This document shows positions 20,401 to 29,693 of a DNA stretch of 64,000 nt, piece by piece (the first letter of the stretch is position 1; the number at the start of each line of letters is the position of its first letter). This DNA comes from Spirochaetia bacterium UBA6919 (GTDB taxonomy: Bacteria > Spirochaetota > UBA6919). The stretch lies in the NCBI GenBank assembly GCA_002450905.1, contig DKAT01000009.1, positions 1 to 64,000 of the forward strand, read 5' to 3'. The notes under the pieces were generated by a model. That model did no database searches and was not told the DNA's origin. It saw only the letters and a list, made by a program, of their open reading frames with translations. The position numbers and the translations under genes are program-made.

Positions 20401-20543
20401 ATTGTTGGGGATAGAGATATTGTAACATAAGTATATTTTTTACTGGAGAGCTTCCAAACGTAGTCCCCATCTTCACACTTTGTAAGGAAAAGGATTCCAA
20501 TTATGTGGGTTATAAAAATAATAGAATATATAAGCTTTTTCAT
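17454..20543 (-). CDS. Large cell-surface lipoprotein with Ig-like (Big), CARDB-like and FN3-like repeats and a C-terminal LamG/concanavalin-like domain.
   Basis: The 1029-aa ORF has lipobox LTKC and is S/T/G/N-rich. It has repeated NYTVYLS..TTI..GDDV/TDVV..TGS....GGS modules and a C-terminal beta-sandwich-like domain ending IDEIEFRY. Confidence 0.65.
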   Translation of the reverse strand: MKKLIYSIIFITHIIGILFLTKCEDGDYVWKLSSKKYTYVTISLSPTINTSTAIVTNTSLIFTFSQSMNPNTLGSNDLTLSSSSGTVNQSSYTWFWSYNNTILTFKAQSIGGNWPLTIDSIYTIRLNSANLRSVDENPMERDFTGSFTTSPIADTTAPSITAAVAVSGGVEVPLSGIITPLDGIRFRFSESMSRADVQNAFNLVINGLNRTPSSITWATVTTTDDQVTFNFSGAPSGSTTASLSSAAQDLAGNGVSNPVSPATATFSIGGGNVTDYIVNNITVPTSATPSGTVNGTGVGFTIQNLGNITGGNNITYNVYISSDNIIDGTDTLITSGSTGGLTGGGSTTIGVSTGSWPATTGGYYILVSVSSVDDLITGNNTGVSAQVAVGIPDYSVTSPVYPSGGPAGSAFTGSFNVSNTGSFAGIANYTVYLSKDTTIDGTDVVVTTGSTASINAGSNVAVNYNGNYPAAGTYYIIISLTGDTNTANNTALSTLLTVTAISVDYDIIPNFSPAGSITQGTPIGGSFNIQNIGISPGTQSINYTVYLSPNTTISQGDDVLTSGSIAPLAVGGSTTINIPGNWPLGASTYYIIVSINATDDTNSTNNIEISGVYSSTGNVDYMISSVLKTTNDHYVGNVSGDIVSGNFTVRNIGSVDGSSGFTYNIYLSSTNTTAGIIGTPIASGNYASTLVTGGFVVIPFTGNWPVGVGAVGTGRYLVVEITGVTGDSNATNNVNSTGGSFDILNLATPTGLAATPSEYYINLSYTASGGTPTYKIFRDGTEVMETTAISNVFVYGGSTKVAYAYTVSAIRSAGASTTQSTTSVNASRNGTLLWYEGFNSPTHTAFTFPGNGWIDDRGGNGENILISLTNYSGGQSLALSNNSVNYGFNDGVHYQFSPGISPSYIGFWLRKNSDWAQLMIDIGNNNLPATSGRAMAFFHNDANSGNRISYDNGGTWTGAAASLPINTWHHIEVKNINYSTSTYDLYLNNTLVATGLPFRNNIGSAINRIYISSDFYFATAYIDEIEFRY

Positions 20544-20851
20544 ACTAACCTCAAAATGACCTATAGTCAGATAAATATAGAAAAATTATAATTGTGTTAT
20601 GAAAGTCACATACAACACATAAAATAATTGAGAAAACTTGTATATAGTTTTCACATGTTATAATATAAATCACATTCATTTTTTTTCAATGAGATCATAT
20701 AAATTTTTTTATATATTGATTATATTCTTTTCTGACGTAATTATCAGAAACTAACATAAAATATTTACGAGATTTGATCAAAGAAAAATTGTAATATATT
20801 GATAAATTATATATCTTTAAAAGGATTTTTTAACGGGTTTAGAGGTAAAAT

Positions 20852-21136
20852 ATGAAAGTTACTCTGGAAGTGGTAGAGAAGGTCGCTCAACTATCTAAAA
20901 TAGCACTCAATGAAGAAGATAAGATAAAATATTCAAATGAAATAAGTCAAATCCTTGATTATGTAGAAAAGATCAATGAATTAGACACCTCTCAGGTTGA
21001 GCCTACTGCTCATATACTGGATATTCACAATGTATACCGTGAAGATAAGAGTGGAAGAAGTATAGATGTAGAAATTCTGATGAAATTAGCACCCAAACAT
21101 AAAGACCAGTTTATCGTCGTACCGAAAGTACTTTAA
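20852..21136 (+). CDS. gatC: Asp-tRNA(Asn)/Glu-tRNA(Gln) amidotransferase subunit C.
   Basis: The 94-aa ORF has the typical GatC N-terminus MKVT.E.V.KVA.LS.I.L.EE. Confidence 0.8.
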   Translation: MKVTLEVVEKVAQLSKIALNEEDKIKYSNEISQILDYVEKINELDTSQVEPTAHILDIHNVYREDKSGRSIDVEILMKLAPKHKDQFIVVPKVL

Positions 21137-21159
21137 AATTTATTCCCATAAATCAATTC

Positions 21160-22755
21160 ATGATCAGTAAGAAGCTAATATTAAAATCCACACTCATTAT
21201 CAGTGCAGCTACTCTATTATCCAAAGTACTGGGACTTGTTCGTCAACAATATTCTATATATTTATTTGGTGGAGGTTGGGAATTTGATTCATTTATCGCT
21301 GCATTCCGTATTCCAAATGCACTAAGAGAACTACTTGCTGAAGGCGCTCTCTCCGCAGCTTTCATCCCTATTTTCTCTGCAATTCTTGTAAGAGATGGAA
21401 AAAAGGAGGCGTTTAAATTTGCAAATAAAGTTCTGAATATATCTATCATCATAACAGTTTTAATATCATTTGTATCAATCATAGTTTCAGAATTTTTTAT
21501 GCAGTATTATCATAATAATCCTCAATACCCCATGGCTACCCCTCTGGCTACGAATCTATTTAATATTTTAATGTTCTACCTTCCATTTATCAGCTTATCA
21601 GCTCTTATAATGGGGATGCTGAATTCCATGAACCGCTTTACTATTCCAGCTCTTGGACCTTTCTTTTCCAACGTAACCTTCTTGATCTTCTTATTTCTTC
21701 TTTATAAAACATTAGATATTCAATCTCTTGCCTATGCTACAATCATAGGAGGTTTAACGTATTTTGTTATCCAAATACCTGTGCTCACAAAAGAAGGGTT
21801 TAGGTTTCAATTGTCTATTGATTTTAAGGATGAGAATATAAAAGAGTTCATTACTTTGTTTATTCCTTTTGCAATGGCGATGGGGATACCAAAATTAAAT
21901 AATATCTTATCCAATTTATTTTCAGACGATATTACAGGAGCTAATACCGCATTATCACAAGGATTTTTCTTAATTCAATTTCCATTATCCGTGTTTGTTG
22001 CTGGAATATCAATGGTAAGCCTTCCGAATATGTCGAAATACTTTGAAATTAATGATATGAATAACTTCAAAGAACTGATCCTCATGGGATTACGCATGGT
22101 ATTCTTCTTTACAATGCCTTCAGTTATTGGACTTATGATTTTGGATTTTGAAATTGCACGATTTATTTATCATGATGTTCTGATGATCTTTTCTGGAGGG
22201 AAGTCTGGTAAGATAAGTGACCTGGTGATTAGGAATATAGCACTGGCACAATATTATTATGCTCCAGGTATCCTTGCTATGGGACTTTCTATAATTTTTA
22301 TCCGTGCTTTTCAAAGTATGAAAGATATGAAGACTATGATTTATAGTGGATTATCTTCTGTTGTACTTCATTTAATAATTATGACGATTTTAATTCGTTA
22401 TTCAGGATGGTCATTTGAAGGAATCGCTCTTTCAATCACCATTTCATCTTTCTTTAATCTTGTATTATTGATCGCAATTCTTTTGTGGAAAATTGGTAAT
22501 CTGGAGTGGAAAGACACTATTATTAGTGTGATTAAAGTAATTTTCTCATCATTGATAATGGGTATATTTTTATTCTATTTTCAGAATTATATTTCAGGAG
22601 TCCAATGGATATCAATTCATTATATAGACAACATCCTGAACACTACACTATTAATATTCCTTGGAATGATGAGTTACTTTATGAGTCTCTATATATTGAA
22701 AGAAAAAGAATTTCGAAATGTCCTCAGCAAAGTTGTCAGCCGAATTATTAAATAA
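21160..22755 (+). CDS. murJ: Lipid II flippase MurJ (MviN).
   Basis: The 531-aa ORF has about 14 TM helices. The N-terminus TLLSKVLGLVRQ...AFRIPNALRELLAEGALSAAFIPIFS is the MurJ signature. Confidence 0.85.
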   Translation: MISKKLILKSTLIISAATLLSKVLGLVRQQYSIYLFGGGWEFDSFIAAFRIPNALRELLAEGALSAAFIPIFSAILVRDGKKEAFKFANKVLNISIIITVLISFVSIIVSEFFMQYYHNNPQYPMATPLATNLFNILMFYLPFISLSALIMGMLNSMNRFTIPALGPFFSNVTFLIFLFLLYKTLDIQSLAYATIIGGLTYFVIQIPVLTKEGFRFQLSIDFKDENIKEFITLFIPFAMAMGIPKLNNILSNLFSDDITGANTALSQGFFLIQFPLSVFVAGISMVSLPNMSKYFEINDMNNFKELILMGLRMVFFFTMPSVIGLMILDFEIARFIYHDVLMIFSGGKSGKISDLVIRNIALAQYYYAPGILAMGLSIIFIRAFQSMKDMKTMIYSGLSSVVLHLIIMTILIRYSGWSFEGIALSITISSFFNLVLLIAILLWKIGNLEWKDTIISVIKVIFSSLIMGIFLFYFQNYISGVQWISIHYIDNILNTTLLIFLGMMSYFMSLYILKEKEFRNVLSKVVSRIIK

Positions 22756-22815
22756 ATATTGTTTTTTTTTATAAACGTGTTATATTTTTGGACATAAAAT
22801 AATCAAGGAGATATT

Positions 22816-23346
22816 TTGAAAATAATATTTTACTCATTGTTAATCTTTATGTTTAGCGCATTGACATGGAATCTGGTTAATGCAGACGATGATCCATTTG
22901 AACGTTTAAATATAACTAAGATGAATAAAGTTGCACCAAACATAACTTTTCAAACACTTGAGGGGAATAATGTCTCTCTCGTTCGGTATCGTGGCAAGGT
23001 TGTCATGTTAAATTTCTGGGCTACATGGTGCGGTCCCTGTCGTGTTGAAATGCCATCTATGAGTAGACTTCAAACGAAAGTTGGTGACACTCACTTTAAA
23101 ATACTAGCAGTATCTATTGGAGAAAATAAGTCAACAGTCCAAAGTTATGTCAGCGGAAAGGGATTTTCATTCCAGGTATTTCTTGATCAAACTAGACAGG
23201 CATGGAAACCTTATGCCACTCATGGTATTCCTACTACGTATATTATCAATAAGAGAGGATACATTATCGGTCAGGTCATTGGTGCGAGACAATGGGATTC
23301 GGAACAATTTGTTTCATTCTTCAAAAGCTTAACAGCATCTAACTAA
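22816..23346 (+). CDS. Periplasmic thiol-disulfide oxidoreductase of the TlpA/ResA family.
   Basis: It has a signal peptide, a WATWCGPC active site and a length of 176 aa. Confidence 0.8.
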   Translation: MKIIFYSLLIFMFSALTWNLVNADDDPFERLNITKMNKVAPNITFQTLEGNNVSLVRYRGKVVMLNFWATWCGPCRVEMPSMSRLQTKVGDTHFKILAVSIGENKSTVQSYVSGKGFSFQVFLDQTRQAWKPYATHGIPTTYIINKRGYIIGQVIGARQWDSEQFVSFFKSLTASN

Positions 23347-23352
23347 TTAATT

Positions 23353-23381
23353 TGGTCACAGGTATTATCTGTTTGTGACCA
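23353..23381 (+). terminator. Putative hairpin terminator in the convergent gap between the TlpA-like gene and holB.
   Basis: An 8-bp stem TGGTCACA/TGTGACCA flanks a 13-nt loop and is followed by T-rich tctttcaatcctttct. Confidence 0.4.
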
Positions 23382-23447
23382 TCTTTCAATCCTTTCTATA
23401 TACTATTTTTACTAACATCTATTTATCAAACGTGATCTCAGTGCTTA

Positions 23448-24719
23448 TTAAATATATTTTTTCTTGAGTAACGATGCAATATTCATGAGATAACCTGTCA
23501 TGGCGTATTGTGGATTTAAATTATGATGTTTCACTCTATATAATATAATCTCCCCTTCTCTGACGATCTCATCTAATATTAGATTTGGACAATGTTCAAA
23601 GGAATTTTTTTTACTACCGTTAGAAGACAGTGCATATTTCAATTTTTTTGCGCTCAGAATATAGTTTGAAAATGCTTTCAAATAATTTTCGGTATCATAC
23701 AGTGAATTGATCTTATCCACATAATCAAAGATCTCACCATTTGTTTGATAATTAGGAGCAATTTTATTTACAAATTCATTAATCAATCCTTCGAAATTAC
23801 TACTCTCATCCTTATCTGATATGATATCCCAGATGTCCTTTGTGTTGGATTTATCGTATGGGAGTGGAATATTAAATTTACTTTGAATAAGTTCTCTTTG
23901 TTCATCGAATGATAGAGGTCTAAATGGCAATATAAAACAACGGGACAATATAGTTGGCAAGATACTATCTTTACTATCGGTTATTAGTATTAGATAATTA
24001 TTAGGGGGTGGTTCTTCAATACTTTTTAGAAAGGTGTTTGCTGTTTCCTCCTTCATCTTTTCCAATCCATTAATAATAATCACCTTATTCCGACCTTCAG
24101 TGGGTTTGATATATAGTTTCTGGATGATATTTCTTATTGTTTCAATGGGTATATTATCCATTTGAAGGCTATCTGTAATCGTTTGGGTGTATTCTATAAT
24201 TTGAAGTAATTTTTTATCATCCTTAGGATCGAAGGTTTGAGATTTCATATTCCTTAACCAATTTTTCATAGATAATTTATGATCATTTATCTTGTCCTGG
24301 ATGTCGCTCTGAGATTTCTTGCTAGTCTTGACACTTCCCTTGTATATGAATAATTGAGATGAATATCTATAATAGAGATCAGTGAGTAAATCTGCTATCC
24401 TTTCTAATAATATTCTATTAGGGTGCATTTTCCATAAATGATATAAAGAATTCAGTTTGAAATTGCAATCATCGGTGTTTATGATGATAATGTCGGGGTA
24501 AAGATAGTTATCTATTTTCCGACAAGAGTTACATGTATCGCAGGAATCATCTGATAGCTTCTCGCAATTCAGAGCTTTAGCAAGTTGAAGGGCATAAGAT
24601 AGTTTCCCGCAAGATGTCTTACCGTGGAATAACAAACTGGAGGAGAGGTGATTATTCCTCAGGGCATTTTGTATGAGGTATTTATTTTGTTGATTTCCCA
24701 GCAAATCTTTAAAAGACAT
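23448..24719 (-). CDS. holB: DNA polymerase III delta-prime subunit.
   Basis: It has a degenerate Walker A (HGKTSCGKLS), a Cys4 zinc module CEKLSDDSCDTCNSCRKI, and SRC-like TILSRC. At 423 aa it has a long C-terminal domain. Confidence 0.65.
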   Translation of the reverse strand: MSFKDLLGNQQNKYLIQNALRNNHLSSSLLFHGKTSCGKLSYALQLAKALNCEKLSDDSCDTCNSCRKIDNYLYPDIIIINTDDCNFKLNSLYHLWKMHPNRILLERIADLLTDLYYRYSSQLFIYKGSVKTSKKSQSDIQDKINDHKLSMKNWLRNMKSQTFDPKDDKKLLQIIEYTQTITDSLQMDNIPIETIRNIIQKLYIKPTEGRNKVIIINGLEKMKEETANTFLKSIEEPPPNNYLILITDSKDSILPTILSRCFILPFRPLSFDEQRELIQSKFNIPLPYDKSNTKDIWDIISDKDESSNFEGLINEFVNKIAPNYQTNGEIFDYVDKINSLYDTENYLKAFSNYILSAKKLKYALSSNGSKKNSFEHCPNLILDEIVREGEIILYRVKHHNLNPQYAMTGYLMNIASLLKKKYI

Positions 24720-24981
24720 GGGTATAAAATATAAATTGTATTCACAATAGTCAAAGAAATTTGTAATTTGGTGATCATAAAATTGAATAAGAAATTTGTT
24801 TTCCCCAAGGGATTTTTATTATATTATCAGTTATTATATTGTAATATTCTTTTATCCAATTTTCTATTAAAATGACATCCTGCTCATGATATAGTCATGG
24901 TGGATTCCCTAAACATGTCACAAAGGATTTCAGATTTAAAATATTTTCAGAAAATAATATCATTTTTATCAGGAATTAATA

Positions 24982-25866
24982 ATGCAAAGATTTGGCACAT
25001 TTAGTTTTGGCGTGGGAAAAATAACTCCTGGCGTCAAATGGATATTAATTTCAACAGTCTGCATTTTTATAATACAAATCATCGCTGGAACAATAGCGGG
25101 TGATCCAGGTCTGTCTCCTTATCCCAATTTATATGACCCGACAATACACAATCCCTTTTCAGTATTATTCATGTTAAAATTCGGAGGATTCAGCGGCTTC
25201 TATCCCTGGCAGATTGTTACCTACATGTTTCTCCACAGTGGATTTATGCACATCATATTCAATATGTTCGGAGTATGGATGTTTGGAGTTCCCTATGAAA
25301 GACAGTTTGGAACAAAGAATTTCTTATTATTGTACTTTATATCAGGTGTCGGTACGGGTGTATTCTTAATATTAACTCTGAGTAATGTATTAGGAGCTTC
25401 TGCTGCTGTATTTGCTGTTCTGGTTTCATTTGCATATATGTGGCCTCAGGCGATTATTTATATTTGGGGGATTCTCCCTGTGAAAGCCTGGGTGTTTATT
25501 TTGATATTTATAGGAATCGAACTCCTCCTTACTATCAGCCAAAAAAATAGCAACGTAGCTCACTCAGCCCATGTTATAGGTGCATTTATTGGATTAATTT
25601 TCTTACAAATAGTTCATAAGAAGTACCAGATCTTTGGTTCCGTCTCTCAATACATTGATGAAAAAAAAGAACAACGTCATCATAGATCTCAAAAGCAGGA
25701 AGTAGAAAAAATTGTACAGAAGGAAGAGTGGGTACAGGAGAAAGTAGATAGTTTATTGGAAAAGGTCTCTAAACAAGGAATTAATTCCCTTACAAAAAAA
25801 GAAAAAGAGTTTTTAGACCGTGTCAGCATGAATTACAGCAGTCGAAGCCGCAGAGATGAATTTTAA
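24982..25866 (+). CDS. Rhomboid-family intramembrane serine protease with a charged C-terminal tail.
   Basis: It has six TM helices, a GASAAVFA serine motif and a downstream AHSAHVIG histidine, followed by an E/K-rich tail of about 80 aa. Confidence 0.7.
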   Translation: MQRFGTFSFGVGKITPGVKWILISTVCIFIIQIIAGTIAGDPGLSPYPNLYDPTIHNPFSVLFMLKFGGFSGFYPWQIVTYMFLHSGFMHIIFNMFGVWMFGVPYERQFGTKNFLLLYFISGVGTGVFLILTLSNVLGASAAVFAVLVSFAYMWPQAIIYIWGILPVKAWVFILIFIGIELLLTISQKNSNVAHSAHVIGAFIGLIFLQIVHKKYQIFGSVSQYIDEKKEQRHHRSQKQEVEKIVQKEEWVQEKVDSLLEKVSKQGINSLTKKEKEFLDRVSMNYSSRSRRDEF

Positions 25867-25888
25867 ATCTCTTTAAACACCACTTGGA

Positions 25889-26329
25889 ATGAATATGTCA
25901 CAGATCAAATGTCCAAACTGCCAAGCTCTCAATGACTTGGGAAATATTAATTGCACAGAATGTAATTCTCCCCTGAAAAAATATCGCTCATTGAGCAAAT
26001 CGACTATAATAATTATTTCAGCTATCCTAATTATGCTAATCACGTCTATTATCGGATTAATATACCTCGAAGTTGTTTATCCACAATACGGACTGAGTAA
26101 ACGGCTGCCAATGATCTGGGAAATATTAGTGGATAAGGATTTCTCAAAAAAATATAAAAAGTATAAATCTTTAAATGATGAAATAATTAAAAAAACCGCT
26201 GAACTCAATCAAAAAAAACTGGAACTCAAATCGATCATCAAGAAAAAAGAGATTTTAAGTAAGTTAAATGATCTAAATAAACGTGTCAATGAAGTCCAGG
26301 AGAAATTAGAAAATCAAAATAAGGAGTGA
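25889..26329 (+). CDS. Zinc-ribbon, single-TM, coiled-coil membrane protein.
   Basis: It has a CPNC...CTEC zinc-ribbon motif, one TM helix and K/E-rich heptads. It starts 22 nt after the rhomboid stop. Confidence 0.5.
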   Translation: MNMSQIKCPNCQALNDLGNINCTECNSPLKKYRSLSKSTIIIISAILIMLITSIIGLIYLEVVYPQYGLSKRLPMIWEILVDKDFSKKYKKYKSLNDEIIKKTAELNQKKLELKSIIKKKEILSKLNDLNKRVNEVQEKLENQNKE

Positions 26330-26360
26330 TAAATAATTTTAATTAAATTGAGGTGAAAAT

Positions 26361-27386
26361 ATGTTTATAACGCTTAAAAGAATGAGTATATTATTATTTC
26401 TAATCTTTGTATATCAGTGTTCTGGGAATAAATCATCCGATACAGCTAGTTCAAAAAAAGATTCTGTAGTGAAAACGTCGGTAAAACCCGTTGAAATAAA
26501 TGATGTCAATCCCCTCGATCCTATAAAACTCCGTGAAATCCATAAAAATATCTATATGGCTCGGGGTACAAGAGCTTTACCATCCCCTAAGAATCGTGGT
26601 TTCATGTCCAATAGTTATGGTATTCTCACCTCACAGGGCTGGTTTATTGTCGATGCTCTATCAACTCCTGCACTATCCAAAGAATTTATTGGAGAACTTA
26701 ATAAAATTATAAAAGCTCCTATAAAATACGTCGTAATTACTCATTATCACCAGGATCACTGGTATGGTGCACAATCTTACAAGGATCACGGTACAAAAAT
26801 CATTGCCCATAAGAATATTACAAAATATGTCGAAAGTGATTACAGTATAGATATGCTTAACCTCCAGAAGAAGATGTTTAAAATATACGATAATGTAAAA
26901 TTAACTCCCCCATCAATGCCCATAACTAAAAAAACAATAATTCGAATGGGTGATAAGGAATTCCATGTTGAACCCTTCACTCCAGCTCATACTAACACGG
27001 ATCTTATTGTCTATACTCCGGATGATAAAATGATGTATGTTGGAGACCTTGTCAGCACAGACACCATCCCCAATGCATCCGATAAATTCTCTAATTCCTC
27101 TGGGTGGATCAAAGTTCTCGAGAAGATGAAGACGTATCAGGTCAATAAATTATTGAGTGGACATAATATGCCTATGGATGTTTCTGGTGTTGATTTCAAT
27201 ATAAAATATCTCACATATATTAGAAAGCAGGTTAAGGAACTGAAAGCACAAAACAAGACTTACGATGAAATTAAATCAAAATTACGGGATAACCCCTTTC
27301 AAAATAAATCGGACCGTCGTGGGATGCACAACGCAAATATATATAAATTATTCAATGATTTGGATAATGAATTTCTATCCAACTAA
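26361..27386 (+). CDS. MBL-fold metallo-hydrolase lipoprotein, paralog 1.
   Basis: It has a signal peptide with lipobox YQCS, an HYHQDHWYG metal motif, and the downstream H and D ligands. Confidence 0.75.
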   Translation: MFITLKRMSILLFLIFVYQCSGNKSSDTASSKKDSVVKTSVKPVEINDVNPLDPIKLREIHKNIYMARGTRALPSPKNRGFMSNSYGILTSQGWFIVDALSTPALSKEFIGELNKIIKAPIKYVVITHYHQDHWYGAQSYKDHGTKIIAHKNITKYVESDYSIDMLNLQKKMFKIYDNVKLTPPSMPITKKTIIRMGDKEFHVEPFTPAHTNTDLIVYTPDDKMMYVGDLVSTDTIPNASDKFSNSSGWIKVLEKMKTYQVNKLLSGHNMPMDVSGVDFNIKYLTYIRKQVKELKAQNKTYDEIKSKLRDNPFQNKSDRRGMHNANIYKLFNDLDNEFLSN

Positions 27387-27418
27387 TATTATTCAAACAA
27401 GTAATCTAAGGAGAAAAT

Positions 27419-28450
27419 ATGTTAACAATTAAAATGAACATTGTTGTAATTATGTTCATATCCATACTCATCCAATGTTCAGGCAGTAAATCTACTGATA
27501 AATCATCAGTGAAAATAGATACTAAACAAATTGTTGATTCAAATAAATTACCCAAACAGGAAATCGATCCCAAAGCTCCAATGAAACTTAAAAAAATCCA
27601 TAAAAATATCTATATGGCTCGGGGTGTCAATGGATTAGCTTCTCCTGAAAATCGCGGATTCATGTCCAATAGCTATGGTATTCTAACATCAGAAGGCTGG
27701 TTTGTCGTCGATGCCCTAGCAACTCCTGCACTGGCAAAGGAATTTATCGGAGAACTTAATAAAATTAAAAAAGCCCCGGTCAAATACGTCGTCATCACCC
27801 ACTATCACATGGATCACTGGTACGGTGCCCAAAGCTACAAAGAGAATGGCACAACAGTTATAGCACATGAGAATGTCAAGAAATTCACTGAAAATCCCGA
27901 ATCAGAATTGGCACTTAAGATTCAGAAAGAGCGTTTCAAAGTCTTTGATGATGTAAAATTAACTCCACCCACTATGCCCATAAATAAGAAGACAATTATT
28001 AAGATGGGTAAAAAGAATTTCCAAATAGAGCCATTCACCCCAGCCCACACCAACACTGATCTTATTGTCTACTTACCTGATAATAAATATATCTTTGTCG
28101 GAGATCTCATAGGAAAAGACCGCATTCCCTTTGCTGGAGACAGAACCTCAACTTCCTCTGGATGGATAAAATTCCTCGAGAAAATGAAAACATATCCCAT
28201 TGATAAAATTTTTAGTGGACACAACAAGCCTATGAAAGCCACAGGAATTGATTTTAATTTAAATTATATTAAATACCTCCGGGAAAACATCAAAAAATTG
28301 AAAGATCAAAACAAGTCTTACGATGAAGTCAAAAAGGCTTTAGAGAAGACACCCTTTCATAAATCAGATGCCAGACAGGAGTTTCACTACTCAAATATAT
28401 ATAAAATTTATAATGATCTGGATATAGAGATTCTATCCGAAGGAAAATAA
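27419..28450 (+). CDS. MBL-fold metallo-hydrolase lipoprotein, paralog 2.
   Basis: It is about 65-70% identical to the upstream paralog and collinear with it. It carries an HYHMDHWYG motif. Confidence 0.75.
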   Translation: MLTIKMNIVVIMFISILIQCSGSKSTDKSSVKIDTKQIVDSNKLPKQEIDPKAPMKLKKIHKNIYMARGVNGLASPENRGFMSNSYGILTSEGWFVVDALATPALAKEFIGELNKIKKAPVKYVVITHYHMDHWYGAQSYKENGTTVIAHENVKKFTENPESELALKIQKERFKVFDDVKLTPPTMPINKKTIIKMGKKNFQIEPFTPAHTNTDLIVYLPDNKYIFVGDLIGKDRIPFAGDRTSTSSGWIKFLEKMKTYPIDKIFSGHNKPMKATGIDFNLNYIKYLRENIKKLKDQNKSYDEVKKALEKTPFHKSDARQEFHYSNIYKIYNDLDIEILSEGK

Positions 28451-28453
28451 TCA

Positions 28454-28882
28454 ATGGACAAACCGAATGTATTAATTCTCTGCACAGGAAACTCGTGTAG
28501 AAGCCAGATGATGGAGGGGTTTGCTCGCCATCACCTGGGTAAGGACTATAATTTCTATTCAGCAGGTGTAGAAACCCATGGATTAAATAAGCGTGCCGTT
28601 AAGGTGATGATGGAATCCGGTGTGGATATCAGTTCTCATAAATCGAAGTCCATAGATGAATACGCTGATATAAACTTTGATGCTGTTATAACAGTTTGTG
28701 GCGATGCTCATGAAAGATGTCCAGCTTATTTAAAAATAACAAATCTTATCCATAAAGGATTTCCAGACCCTGCTAATGCCCAGGGATCTGAGGAACAAAT
28801 TTTACTCATATTTCGTTCCATACGGGATCAGATAGAACACTTTGTTCTCAAAGAATTACCAAATGAATTAAGAAATTCCTAA
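28454..28882 (+). CDS. arsC: Thioredoxin-coupled arsenate reductase of the LMW-PTP family.
   Basis: The LILCTGNSCRSQMMEGFARHHLG P-loop is nearly identical to Bacillus ArsC. The distal Cys pair lies in TVCGDAHERCP. It starts 4 nt after the MBL paralog stop. Confidence 0.8.
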   Translation: MDKPNVLILCTGNSCRSQMMEGFARHHLGKDYNFYSAGVETHGLNKRAVKVMMESGVDISSHKSKSIDEYADINFDAVITVCGDAHERCPAYLKITNLIHKGFPDPANAQGSEEQILLIFRSIRDQIEHFVLKELPNELRNS

Positions 28883-29083
28883 CTCCTCATAATTCTATTG
28901 AATAAGATCCTGAAATTCTATCAATATCAATAAAATATTTTAATCATAAGTGATGAAATCGGAATGGGGTTTCGAGAATCTTTATATCAGTAATCAAGAT
29001 ATTATCGTTATGAGAACCCTCAAAATAACTTGAATTTATCACAATTAAAGTAATATATATTAATAAAAAAATAACTAATTTGC

Positions 29084-29683
29084 TTGTCTATATTTTATAA
29101 ATTCATTACTATAAGATATATGATATACCTGTACATCGCTTGTCTAGCTATTGGAAGTATATTTATCGGGATATCCCTCTTTGGTGGAGATTCCCATGAT
29201 CATGTGGGGGATACAGACGCTCACATGGATGATATTCATGGAGAAGTCGATGTCCCGTGGTATTTCGGAAAGTATTTCCCCTTGTTGAGCATGCGTTTCT
29301 GGGTATTTTTCCTATTCTTCTTCGGACTAGCAGGTCTGGGAGCATATCTCGCCAATTCTTCCCCAAGTGTCCAACTCATCTGGTCAATTATAATGGGTGT
29401 CATCACAGGTTATTTAGCCAATTTTGTTTTCAAAAAAATACGCGAAACAGAAACAAACAGCCTTGTAGAGCAAAAAGATTTTATTGGGGCTGAAGCAGAA
29501 GTAGTTCTACCCATCCACCCAGGGAAAATGGGTAAAATACGATGTATCATTAAAAGTCAAATGATTGAACAGCTAGCGGTTAGTGATGAGGAGAGTGCAA
29601 TGTATATCGGGGATAAGGTGGTTATCATTAGTTTCCAGGGGGATAAGGTACAGGTTATCAAAAATAATTTAAATAACATCTAA
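29084..29683 (+). CDS. NfeD-family membrane protein, the partner of flotillin.
   Basis: It has about four TM helices, a C-terminal OB-fold-like soluble domain and a length of 199 aa. It sits immediately upstream of the SPFH gene. Confidence 0.65.
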   Translation: MSIFYKFITIRYMIYLYIACLAIGSIFIGISLFGGDSHDHVGDTDAHMDDIHGEVDVPWYFGKYFPLLSMRFWVFFLFFFGLAGLGAYLANSSPSVQLIWSIIMGVITGYLANFVFKKIRETETNSLVEQKDFIGAEAEVVLPIHPGKMGKIRCIIKSQMIEQLAVSDEESAMYIGDKVVIISFQGDKVQVIKNNLNNI

Positions 29684-29693
29684 AGGAGCGTTT

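Noticed and set aside
28883-29083. Sequence gaaatcggaatggggtttcgagaatc, which resembles the palindromic element.
   Set aside because: The right arm is ttcgag, not ttccgat, so no hairpin can form. It is at best a degenerate remnant.
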